A program made the translations under genes and the position numbers. Source: Limisphaerales bacterium (GTDB lineage Bacteria; Verrucomicrobiota; Verrucomicrobiia; Limisphaerales; SIBE01). Taken from it: 45,424 nt of DNA. Shown in pieces: positions 20,122-28,756 of this stretch (its first letter is position 1; each line of letters begins with the position of its first letter). The notes under the pieces were generated by a model, which searched no databases, was not told the origin of the DNA, and saw only the letters and a list, made by a program, of their open reading frames with translations. Where the stretch lies: NCBI GenBank assembly GCA_044225505.1, contig JBGAIN010000050.1, positions 1-45,424 on the forward strand, in the 5' to 3' direction.

Positions 20122-21069
20122 TCAAGTCAGGTCGCGGTCTTCAAACAACAACGCCGCCACCGCCAGCGTCAGCACGAGATACGCAGCCGCGTAACCGGTC
20201 GCACGCCCGACGTAGCTCCAGGGAACACCGCCTTCGCCACCAAGCCGGTCAGCCATCCAGAACACCTGCCAGTTCGGCAGCACGGTGTGGAAGGTCGTCG
20301 CCAGCCACGCCCCGTTACCAAAGAGGTAGTCCGACAGCAAACCGAGCAGGAATAGTCCCGAACAGATGAGCATTGTGGGCATCAGCGTGAGTCGTGTGGT
20401 GCACACGAGCGCGAGCGCGGCCAGCAATAGCAACGCGAGCCATACCAACAGCCCGGCAGGAATCAACCGCCAGTCCACCGCCACGCCGAATGATTGAGCC
20501 GCGCCGGTGCGATCAAAGAAGTTCGTCAGCACGAACGCCAGCGTCATAGTGCCCACCAGCGCGACCGAGGCGTCCGCCAGGAAAGGCCGGTGCGCGAGAT
20601 AATTCGTCGCCGCCCCGATGAGGAACGCGGCCAGAATTCCGCCGCCAAAGATTCCAATGGCCACCCAATCCCACGAACCATAGGCGTCGAACGCCATGCG
20701 GCTCGCGATCAACGCCGCGAGCAGGCCGACGTAGGTTTGCAGGCCGAGCGCACTCGCTAGTCCCAGAAACTTTGCCAGCAGAAAACGCGTTCTCCCAACC
20801 GGCTTGGCCAGCAGCGACAGCGCCGTGCCGGACCGGAGTTCCTGTGCGATGGACAGCGACGCGCTCAGGATGGCGTTAAGAAACCCTGCGAGGAGCAACA
20901 CCGAAAGCGCGCTCGTTTTGACCAGGCGCGCCTCTTCGCCAAGGCCAAAATACGAAACATTCGCCAGCATCCCGATCGCCACGACTGTCCCCGTGAGCAG
21001 CACGAGGTACAACGGCTGCCGCAGTAGTTCGCGGAGGCTGTTCCAGGAGATTTGAAGAAAGGAATTCAT
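20122..21069 (-). CDS. ABC-2-type permease
   Basis: Multi-TM protein with SIAQELRSGTALSLLAKPVGRTRFLLAKFLG, ending LFEDRDLT. Confidence 0.85.
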   Translation of the reverse strand: MNSFLQISWNSLRELLRQPLYLVLLTGTVVAIGMLANVSYFGLGEEARLVKTSALSVLLLAGFLNAILSASLSIAQELRSGTALSLLAKPVGRTRFLLAKFLGLASALGLQTYVGLLAALIASRMAFDAYGSWDWVAIGIFGGGILAAFLIGAATNYLAHRPFLADASVALVGTMTLAFVLTNFFDRTGAAQSFGVAVDWRLIPAGLLVWLALLLLAALALVCTTRLTLMPTMLICSGLFLLGLLSDYLFGNGAWLATTFHTVLPNWQVFWMADRLGGEGGVPWSYVGRATGYAAAYLVLTLAVAALLFEDRDLT

Positions 21070-21078
21070 GGTCAAAGA

Positions 21079-21897
21079 TCACGGAGTGAGGTGAGAGGCA
21101 CGATAAAAGCAGTTTGCATTGGAGTTTGGCTGCGTCCATGTCCAGACGGACTCCCGCAACCACAAATTTGTTAGAGTGGCCCAAGAGGTGAGATTCCTCG
21201 ATATATCCACCGACAATGGCACGTTGCCTTCCGTGGCCACTCGAAGCTTCTGCCAACCGTTGTCTGCACTCAGCTCCAGCCGTGGTGGTTCGATAGCCTG
21301 GACTTGGAATTTGAAAACCGTCACTGTGCTGTTCGTGAATCTCCCGTCAACCAAAGTTCCCTCTGTTCGCAAGCCTAGTTCATACAAACCTGGTCGTGTG
21401 AATGCCCAATTTACGTGTACGTGCCCCCCCGGATACGAGAGGGGCAGCGCATCGGAGAATGCCAACCCATCCCTAGTAGCGATGTGGAGATTTACCTCGC
21501 CAAACGGCCCAAAACTGTAAATCGCAAAATGCCCCGGCCCGGAATAGGTGGCGAGCCGGACTCGTATCTGGCCGCCCAGAAAAGAGCCTTGGCCTTGTGT
21601 GCCGAAGCCTAGAAAGGGCAGTGCCGGGGCCTGCACTTCTGGTAGTATCCAGACGGGATCGCCTGCAGCGCCAAGCGCATTTGTCAGCACCTGGTTATTC
21701 GGAATTTGCCCGCGCGCCGCGCTGATTACGACCGGGACATAATCGGTCGCTGCATACGAGCCGGAGTCAAAATCATACCAGAAAATATCCCAGCCTGCCG
21801 CGGTGGTGTAGGCAGTCTGAATGTGGATATGCTGTGCCTGCGCGGTGAATCCGAAGATCAACGCCAACACCCCGAGACAAATCCGGAAGCATTTCAT
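21079..21897 (-). CDS. Secreted choice-of-anchor M (TIGR03769-like) domain protein with F[YF]R tail
   Basis: Signal peptide ending AQA, then QHIH, VWILPEVQ...LPFLGFG, GPGHFAIY and HVHVNWAFTRPGLY. It ends NCFYRA. Confidence 0.8.
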   Translation of the reverse strand: MKCFRICLGVLALIFGFTAQAQHIHIQTAYTTAAGWDIFWYDFDSGSYAATDYVPVVISAARGQIPNNQVLTNALGAAGDPVWILPEVQAPALPFLGFGTQGQGSFLGGQIRVRLATYSGPGHFAIYSFGPFGEVNLHIATRDGLAFSDALPLSYPGGHVHVNWAFTRPGLYELGLRTEGTLVDGRFTNSTVTVFKFQVQAIEPPRLELSADNGWQKLRVATEGNVPLSVDISRNLTSWATLTNLWLRESVWTWTQPNSNANCFYRASHLTP

Positions 21898-21976
21898 CAA
21901 ATATATTCCAGCGCAAACAGCGGTCGCCAGTCACGAGACCGATTGATGGCGACCGCTTGATGGACTTGCCCGTGGG

Positions 21977-22990
21977 TCAAGGTCGATGCATGCGGAAGAA
22001 CTGCATCAAGCCCGTGCGTTTGACGGTGTAATACCGTCTAAAGGTCTGCTGCGAAGCCTCGCCCGTGCCACTCTCCTCCGCCGTAGATTGGAGGTCGGTG
22101 TAGTCGGTCCACGGGCCGCTGGCCGTGGGGGCGTATTGCAGGACATACCCATCCGTTACGAGGGGAAGGGTGATTTTCACGCTCTCCTCGATGACGAGCG
22201 TCGGGGCCTCAGGAACCCGGAAGTCCAAATAGAACACTCCACTCTCCGTCGCGGCGGAATTGGCCGCATTCAGATCCACAAGTTTGAACGCGACTGTGTA
22301 GGTGCCGGGAGCCGCATCGACTGCCGTGGAGAATAACGGCCAGGCTTCCCAAGAATCACCCTCACCAAGCACAAGCCGGTCGCCGGCGTTATTCAGCAGG
22401 CTGGCATTGGTGCTGACACCGATACTTAAACCTGGCGTCTTTGAAATAAGTTCGAGCGCAGGCTTCGTCCCGGCGAGCGAGTTCGTGAATCTGTTCGCGT
22501 TACCGCGAAAACTAAACCACTCGCTTGAGTTGGTGGGGAACTGTTGAAAATACGAGGTAGGACGCAATCGTCGGTCGCTGTAGTGCTCGTCGGTGCGAAT
22601 ACTCACAAGCCGTCCGGCAAAAGCGGGAAGCGTCGCTGGCGCACCAACGAGCGTGAGCGGAGGCAACTGGTAATAGGTTTCCGGGATGCGGTTGCCGGAG
22701 TTGCTATTGGTGGCTACCGCTGCATTGGCTGGGCCGGAATATGTCCAAATGCCAATTCCGTGGTAATGATTATTCTCAAAGGAAGTATCGAAGTGATGTG
22801 CGTAAAGGAAGCTCAACCGTCCGTAGTTCGGGTTTGGCAGACCATCATAGACACCTCCCGAAAGTGTTGGGAGGTTGTCGATACCAATGACGTTGGGAAC
22901 GTAGTTATCAGCACAGGCGTTGTGTAGCGTGGCACTACCGACTGTGAGCGCCGCAGCGAATGCAAGTTGTTTTAGAGGGTGGCGTGTCAT
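21977..22990 (-). CDS. All3515-family (Zur-repressed in Anabaena) secreted protein with an F[YF]R tail in place of PEP-CTERM
   Basis: IGIDNLPTLSGGVYDGLPNPNYGRLSFLYAH...NHYHGIG...NRIPETYYQLPPLTL...PGTYTVAFKLVD...ESGVFYLDFRVPE, ending QFFRMHRP. Start chosen at MTRH; alternative at 23050. Confidence 0.8.
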   Translation of the reverse strand: MTRHPLKQLAFAAALTVGSATLHNACADNYVPNVIGIDNLPTLSGGVYDGLPNPNYGRLSFLYAHHFDTSFENNHYHGIGIWTYSGPANAAVATNSNSGNRIPETYYQLPPLTLVGAPATLPAFAGRLVSIRTDEHYSDRRLRPTSYFQQFPTNSSEWFSFRGNANRFTNSLAGTKPALELISKTPGLSIGVSTNASLLNNAGDRLVLGEGDSWEAWPLFSTAVDAAPGTYTVAFKLVDLNAANSAATESGVFYLDFRVPEAPTLVIEESVKITLPLVTDGYVLQYAPTASGPWTDYTDLQSTAEESGTGEASQQTFRRYYTVKRTGLMQFFRMHRP

Positions 22991-23245
22991 ATTTGTATCA
23001 TTAATTACTCTCAGTGTCTTGGGTGTTTTGTTTAACAGCATTTTCGTCACGATGTCGCATTACCTTTGAGGTCTGTCGCCGGGCAGGGGATCGTTGAGAG
23101 CGAGGCTGGCCCGGCATCTTTCCTTCCAGCGAAGGAAATATCGAGAGAACATGGATATGTTCGCTAAAGCAGCTGAAATTGGATTCGTAGCAACAGGTCG
23201 CATAAACTGCTACGGCATGATCATGGAGAGGCTGTGGATCGATGA

Positions 23246-24262
23246 TCAGCAGATTAATCGCACGGTCCCGTCGGCTCCGGAAGCTAGGAGATTCTTCTCG
23301 TCGGGCGACCAGGCGAGCTGTGTGATTTCGGTGGCAAGGCGAGCGGCATTCATTCCTTCGTTAGAGTGTGCGGGTTTCCAGATCCACACATTGCCCTCGG
23401 CGCAGCCTGACGCCAAAAGATCGCCCCTCCTTTGGAAAGTAAGGCAAATGACCTTCGCCTGATGGCCGACGAGCTGCATGGGAACCTTGCCGGCCGGACC
23501 TTTTCCAGAGATATCCCAAACACAGATCACTTCACCTCCGTCCGTCGCGAGAAACCGGCTGGTCCTATCCCAGGCAAGGTTCCTGACCTTGCAGGAATAG
23601 CCGCTCATTTGCAGCGGCTCGCGGTCCCGGAATGGCAGCCGCCAATAAATGACGCTATTCTCCTGGGTCCCAGCGGCGACGTGGCGGCTGTTAGGACTCC
23701 ACGCGAGGCCAAGGAACGCGGATTTCATCACGAGCGATTCGTAAGGCAAGCGCTCGCCGAGCCGGAAAAGCTGAACGATCCCATAGCTGGCAGTGGCAAT
23801 GCCCCGGCTATCCGCGCGCCATCGCATGCCGGAAATCGTGCTAGCGTGATTCGTCCATTCAAAAGCGATCGTTCCTTTGCGATCCCAGATCCGAAGATAT
23901 TTGCCCGAGCCGGTTGCCAGCCACTGCGAGTCAGGAGACCACGCAACGTGTTCCACCCAAAACCCGCCACCCCCTTCGGCGCGCACTACCAATCCATCCG
24001 CGGCGTTCCAGCATCTGACGCGGCCATCTTCGCCGCCCGAGGCGATGATTTCGCCATTTCGAGACCACGCCACCTGTTGAATGCCCCGCTCGTGCGCTAC
24101 GAGTTCACGCAGGATCGAACCAGTTGCCGCATCGACAAAACATAGGCGGCCGTCCGCCAGACCCACAACAGCTTGAGTGCCGTCGGGCGACCAGTCGAGC
24201 GAGCGCACCTGCTCGCCCAGGTTCAGCAACCACCCTTTCTCAAGAAATGGAGCGACGCTCAT
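23246..24262 (-). CDS. WD40-repeat beta-propeller protein (COG0523-associated type)
   Basis: Repeated WSPDG/IASGGEDGRVRCW/LATGSG units and LQMSGYSCKVRNLAWD. It lies directly downstream of a COG0523 GTPase. Confidence 0.9.
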   Translation of the reverse strand: MSVAPFLEKGWLLNLGEQVRSLDWSPDGTQAVVGLADGRLCFVDAATGSILRELVAHERGIQQVAWSRNGEIIASGGEDGRVRCWNAADGLVVRAEGGGGFWVEHVAWSPDSQWLATGSGKYLRIWDRKGTIAFEWTNHASTISGMRWRADSRGIATASYGIVQLFRLGERLPYESLVMKSAFLGLAWSPNSRHVAAGTQENSVIYWRLPFRDREPLQMSGYSCKVRNLAWDRTSRFLATDGGEVICVWDISGKGPAGKVPMQLVGHQAKVICLTFQRRGDLLASGCAEGNVWIWKPAHSNEGMNAARLATEITQLAWSPDEKNLLASGADGTVRLIC

Positions 24263-24287
24263 GGCTTCTTCAGCAATGCTCAGTTTG

Positions 24288-24393
24288 CGGAGCGCGGCTG
24301 GGTGCGTAGCACCAGCCGCAGACGTCCGATATCCGGAAACCTTTGATGCACCGCAAAGCTGCGGCTGGTCGACACCGACTCAGCCGCGCTCCG
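24288..24393. repeat. REP-like nested palindrome (~106 bp)
   Basis: Terminal 13-bp inverted repeat cggagcgcggctg / cagccgcgctccg and inner 11-bp inverted repeat accagccgcag (24311-24321) / ctgcggctggt (24359-24369). Confidence 0.8.
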
Positions 24394-24427
24394 ATGCCAA
24401 AATGAGAATTGCTCATGGCCTTTTCTA

Positions 24428-25783
24428 TCAATTCACCAAGCACCGCTTGAAACCCGCGGTCAAGGCGTCGCGATTTAACTGCCGTCCAATGAAGACCAGT
24501 TGATTCACGCGGTCTTCATTGGGCGCCCAAGGCCGGTCCGCCTTTCCGTCGAAAAGCATGTGGACCCCCTGGAAAACAAATCGGTTTGGAGAGCCTTTGA
24601 TGTTGAGAATGCCTTTCATGCGAAAGATATCGGCGCCCTTGGTCCGGAGCGTTTCGCCAAGCCAATCGTTCAGGCGCTTCGAATCCAGAGCGCCTTGACA
24701 ACAGATTCCGACAGACGTGACGGTATCGTCATGCGTGTGACCAGGAGCGTGCTCCTGTCCATGCATCGGGTCCACGACCTTCCCAGCGGTCTTGAGGACG
24801 AGATCGAATTCCTCCGGCAAGTGCTGCGTGAACATGGCGAATGCGCCCGCGTGCGCGACGGGAACGCGGAAGGTGGTTGTATCGTCTTCCAGCACTATCT
24901 TGTAGAGGACTTCGCGTGGAGTGATCTCACCCTTGACTCGTACGGCTTTGTCAGCTGAACGAAACAGCAGCACCGCCCGTCCTTGCGCTGCAGCCAGAGT
25001 CTGGGGTTGAGTATCGGGCAGAGACATGAAGACCATGCCCATCACAGGATCGGGACCCGGCTGAAAAACCAAGTCATAGGTTCCGGGTTCGAGCGCGTAA
25101 ACGCCACTCCACTCGAAAGGGAGTTCCGGCTTTAGGAAATCCGAGTCAACCTCGAGTTTCTTCTCCAGATCGAATGCGCGAATGTTGATGACTTCATCGA
25201 TCGGCAATTCCGCCTGCCGGGTGCGGCGCAAGCGCCCCAGACGGTTCATTGATTTTAGTCGCCTCTCCAACTTCTGGAGTTCCTCTTCATCAGCGAGATC
25301 CGTCTTGTTGACGAGGATTCGGTCGGCGAAGGCGATCTGTTTCCTGCACTCGTCGCTGTCGTCGATGTGGTTCCAAACATGCTTGGCATCGACGAGAGTG
25401 ACGATGCCATCCAGCCGAAAGCTCTGCTTCACATCGTCATCGACAAAAAACGTTTGCGCAACTGGGCCGGGATCGGCGAGTCCAGTTGTTTCTACGAGTA
25501 CGTAGTCGAACTTGTCGCGGCGCTTCATCAGATTGCCCAGGATTCGGACAAGGTCGCCCCGAACGGTGCAGCAGATACAGCCGTTGTTCATCTCGAAGAT
25601 TTCTTCATCTGCCTTGATCACCAGTTGGTCATCGATGCCGATCTCGCCGAATTCGTTTTCAATGATGGCGATGCGCTTGCCGTGGTTCTCCGTCAGAATG
25701 CGGTTGAGAAGAGTGGTCTTACCTGAGCCGAGAAAGCCGGTCAGGATCGTTACGGGGATGTGGGTGTTGGACTTAATGCTCAT
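24428..25783 (-). CDS. COG0523/CobW-family G3E GTPase metallochaperone with an inserted domain
   Basis: GFLGSGKT, ENEFG, GCICC, VETTG and NKTD, then a His patch (HGQEHAPGHTHD) and a CobW_C domain (FRMKGIL...FQGVH...LVFIGR). Confidence 0.93.
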   Translation of the reverse strand: MSIKSNTHIPVTILTGFLGSGKTTLLNRILTENHGKRIAIIENEFGEIGIDDQLVIKADEEIFEMNNGCICCTVRGDLVRILGNLMKRRDKFDYVLVETTGLADPGPVAQTFFVDDDVKQSFRLDGIVTLVDAKHVWNHIDDSDECRKQIAFADRILVNKTDLADEEELQKLERRLKSMNRLGRLRRTRQAELPIDEVINIRAFDLEKKLEVDSDFLKPELPFEWSGVYALEPGTYDLVFQPGPDPVMGMVFMSLPDTQPQTLAAAQGRAVLLFRSADKAVRVKGEITPREVLYKIVLEDDTTTFRVPVAHAGAFAMFTQHLPEEFDLVLKTAGKVVDPMHGQEHAPGHTHDDTVTSVGICCQGALDSKRLNDWLGETLRTKGADIFRMKGILNIKGSPNRFVFQGVHMLFDGKADRPWAPNEDRVNQLVFIGRQLNRDALTAGFKRCLVN

Positions 25784-25865
25784 GGTGTGTTGAGGGTTTC
25801 GGTTCTTTTGAATTCAAGGGATCCTGGGGTGAGCTTCGCGCGATTCCGTTCGCACCTTTGTCGCC

Positions 25866-26297
25866 TCACAAATACCGCAAGAAAGAATCCAAATAGGATC
25901 GAAATGCGTCACCGGTCGTCAGCCATTCCGATTGAGCCTCGAACAACGACGTATTTCCGGCCTTCTCCCCGGTCGCGCTGTTGGCGACGGCCGATAGCGT
26001 CAACTCTCTTTCATCATCTGCATGGTGCACGTTTACCTCCAGCGACGGTGCGGCGATCCGCGTGAACCGTTCGAATTCGTCGTCCATGACAAAGAGTTCC
26101 AGTTTGCCCGCCGTCGCGTCGCGAACAAATGCGAGATGAAGTGCTTCACGGCCCAGTGCCACAGGCGTCCCGCCATGCGGTGGATTGTGTTCGTGGTGAG
26201 GACCGCGTTCGCTGACCGATGTAACGGTCTCTTTTTTCGAACAGCCAACCCGGATGGTCCCGATCAGCGCGACAACTGAAAAGCCATTCATACTCAT
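25866..26297 (-). CDS. Small His-rich putative lipoprotein (HHEHNPPHGG), C-terminus possibly eroded
   Basis: Lipobox-like VGC, then PHHEHNPPHGGTPVALG...HLAFVRDATAGKL. Translationally coupled to the upstream TPR gene (ATGA). Confidence 0.65.
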   Translation of the reverse strand: MSMNGFSVVALIGTIRVGCSKKETVTSVSERGPHHEHNPPHGGTPVALGREALHLAFVRDATAGKLELFVMDDEFERFTRIAAPSLEVNVHHADDERELTLSAVANSATGEKAGNTSLFEAQSEWLTTGDAFRSYLDSFLRYL

Positions 26298-27193
26298 TGT
26301 GTTTTCCCGGATTTCTTCCGGAGCTGATCAATTTTCTCCTGCACCGTTTCCGGGTTCGGGGACGCACTTTTCCAGATTTCCGTGTTAGCCAGTGCCTGAT
26401 CGTAGTTCCCCTCATTCTCTTCCAATCGAGCGAGATGAGAGCTGATCTGAATAAGCAGGAAACGGTTGGGCTCGGCCTTCCCGGCTTCACTCTGCTGCCA
26501 CTGCCGCAACGCAGCTTGCCAGACGTTTCGGGCGCGTGCCGGGTCGTGCCGGTTCTCATCGAAAACACGCCCCAACTCGAACAGAATTTCGTAACTCCCA
26601 GGATTTTCGCGGAGGCCATCCCTCAGGAACTCCTCGGCTTCGGCATATTTACCCATGCGCTCCCGCAGCCAATAGGCGGTCACGGTGTAAATTTGAATAT
26701 CGTTCGGGTTCAATTCTGCGGAAAGCCTCAGCCATGGGAGGATCTCCCGGACACCGGAATCATCGCCCAATCCCACCGCTTTCCCACTTTGGCTCCGTGC
26801 GCCCCCAGCATCTAGATGAGTGTGCGACGAGGGGAAGAACCGGCGGCTGAAAGCGTCTATCCAATCGAGGGGTTTGCCCAGAAATCCAGTCTCATCACCG
26901 TGGTTTTGTCCTGCCACCGTTCCGCTGTCCTCGGCCATATGCGGTGTATTGAACGCTTGATTGTCGTCAAAGACCGTCGGGTAAAAGCCGCTATGAAAAT
27001 AGACGTCCGCTTTGACAAAGAAATGATTAGCAAACAGGCGTCTGGCATCCCCGAGAGCGACCGCTAAGGGGCTGGCTTTTTGGGTGCGACTTCCTGGCCA
27101 GCTTTGATAGAGCGGTTCCAAGTAAGCTGCTAGACCAAAGCACAAGACCAGCAGAGCGGCCACGCTGAACTCAGGAACTTTGGATTCGCGCAT
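26294..27193 (-). CDS. Membrane-anchored TPR protein (IRE-like) with a His-containing insert
   Basis: N-terminal TM, then ANHFFVKADVYFHSG, FFPSSHTHLD and EILPWLRLSAELNP, followed by TPR helices (YAEAEEFLRDGLRENP). Confidence 0.8.
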   Translation of the reverse strand: MRESKVPEFSVAALLVLCFGLAAYLEPLYQSWPGSRTQKASPLAVALGDARRLFANHFFVKADVYFHSGFYPTVFDDNQAFNTPHMAEDSGTVAGQNHGDETGFLGKPLDWIDAFSRRFFPSSHTHLDAGGARSQSGKAVGLGDDSGVREILPWLRLSAELNPNDIQIYTVTAYWLRERMGKYAEAEEFLRDGLRENPGSYEILFELGRVFDENRHDPARARNVWQAALRQWQQSEAGKAEPNRFLLIQISSHLARLEENEGNYDQALANTEIWKSASPNPETVQEKIDQLRKKSGKTQ

Positions 27194-27202
27194 ACGGAAC
27201 CG

Positions 27203-27979
27203 TCAATTGATTGTCCGCCGACGGAATATCAGGCAGGCGACGATCAGGAACGCAGAGGCGTAGGCAAAAGCATACAGCGCGTCCAGACCGCAGACTTCCC
27301 ATGGAATCGGTGGCCAATTATGAATGATCAAATCGCGCACATCGAAGAGTTCGAGATGCGGTATGGCAAAATAGAGGCCGTATAACAGGGAGCGGCGGGG
27401 TTCGGGAAGGTGAATGGCCACTTTGTTCAGATGCCGTCCCACGAGGAGGATAAAGGTGACCGCAAGGAAAAGGATGGTTATGTTTGAAGAAGGAGCGACA
27501 AAAACCAAAGAGCCGAGCAAGGCCAAGGCGACTACGACTCCCAGGAATGCCCAGTGCAGCCCGGCGGCTTGAAGGTAATTGACAAGCGGCCATTGATGTT
27601 CCCGGCTCCCGGCTAGCACGGCAAAAAAGCTATAGAAGCAAAGCAATGCCAGTCCGCAGGCGAGCCAGCAGCCCAGGAACTTGCCGAGCAGAAGCTCCGT
27701 CCGGGTCAAAGGCTTGGCCAGCAGCGGAAAGAGAGTGCGGCTTTCGCGCTCCATCGGGATTTGGCGGGCAGTGGTGGTGATGGCGATGACGAGCGAGCAG
27801 ATCCAAATTAGCAAGAGGCAGAGTTCTTTGAGGTAACGGACTATCTTATCGTCATTGAAGACGTTCACCGATGCCATCACCAGACAGATGAGGACCGTTA
27901 CGATGAACAGGACGTAAGCGTCTTTCCGACGATACAGTTCCTTCAGGACAATACTGGCAATGGCAAAAATGTTGTTCAT
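27203..27979 (-). CDS. ABC-2-type permease
   Basis: About 6 TMs with QIPMERESRTLFPLLAKPLTRTELLLGKFLG, ending IFRRRTIN. Confidence 0.88.
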   Translation of the reverse strand: MNNIFAIASIVLKELYRRKDAYVLFIVTVLICLVMASVNVFNDDKIVRYLKELCLLLIWICSLVIAITTTARQIPMERESRTLFPLLAKPLTRTELLLGKFLGCWLACGLALLCFYSFFAVLAGSREHQWPLVNYLQAAGLHWAFLGVVVALALLGSLVFVAPSSNITILFLAVTFILLVGRHLNKVAIHLPEPRRSLLYGLYFAIPHLELFDVRDLIIHNWPPIPWEVCGLDALYAFAYASAFLIVACLIFRRRTIN

Positions 27980-28746
27980 TCAATCAAGTCCGTGCCTGTT
28001 TTGGCCTCATAGCCGACCACTTTCAGGAAAAGCTGTTCGAGGCTGCACCGATGTCGGTCAGCCAACTCACTGACCCGGCCCTCGACCTTGAGCTCGCCTT
28101 GGTGCAGAATCGCGATATCGTCGCAAACCGTTTCAACTTCGCCGAGTTCGTGTGACGAAAAGAACACTGTCTTGCCCTCCTGCTTGAGCCGCTGGATAAT
28201 CTCACGCACTTTCATCCGTCCGATCGGGTCAAGACCGCTGGTCGGTTCGTCGAGAATCAACAGGTCCGGGTTGTTGATGAGCGCCTGAGCGAGCCCGACT
28301 CGTTGCTGCATTCCTTTTGAATAAGTCCTGATGAGCTGCCCCCGTGCGCGGTCCAACTCCACGAGTTTCAACAGAGTGTCAATCCGGCGATCTGTTTCGG
28401 CGCGCGGAATGCGGAATATCTTCGCGTAAAAACGGAGAAGCTCTTCGGCCGTCAGAAACTTATAATAATACGTCATCTCCGGCAGATATCCGATCCGCTG
28501 CCGGGCAATCGGTTCACGCACGCTCTTGTCGAACAGATAAGCGTCGCCGCTGGTTGCATTAACGAATCCCAGCAGCACATTCATGGTTGTCGTCTTGCCG
28601 GCGCCATTCGGGCCGAGAAAGCCAAAGATTTCGCCTTCACCGACGGAAAGATTCAGGCGTTTCAGCGCAACCTTCGCGAGTTCTCCACGCCGCTTTCCTG
28701 GGAATTCGACCCGGAGATCTTCGAGTTTCAACACTGGCTTTTTCAT
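27976..28746 (-). CDS. ABC transporter ATP-binding protein
   Basis: GPNGAGKT, YSKGMQQR, LILDEP and SSH. Start taken at MKKPVL (28746), 10 bp after the upstream stop. Confidence 0.95.
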   Translation of the reverse strand: MKKPVLKLEDLRVEFPGKRRGELAKVALKRLNLSVGEGEIFGFLGPNGAGKTTTMNVLLGFVNATSGDAYLFDKSVREPIARQRIGYLPEMTYYYKFLTAEELLRFYAKIFRIPRAETDRRIDTLLKLVELDRARGQLIRTYSKGMQQRVGLAQALINNPDLLILDEPTSGLDPIGRMKVREIIQRLKQEGKTVFFSSHELGEVETVCDDIAILHQGELKVEGRVSELADRHRCSLEQLFLKVVGYEAKTGTDLIE

Positions 28747-28756
28747 GGCGCTATGC

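Noticed and set aside
10347..20355. Long plus-strand ORFs (302-370 aa) opposite the metal cluster
   Set aside because: These are antisense shadows of high-GC minus-strand genes that have clear family motifs.
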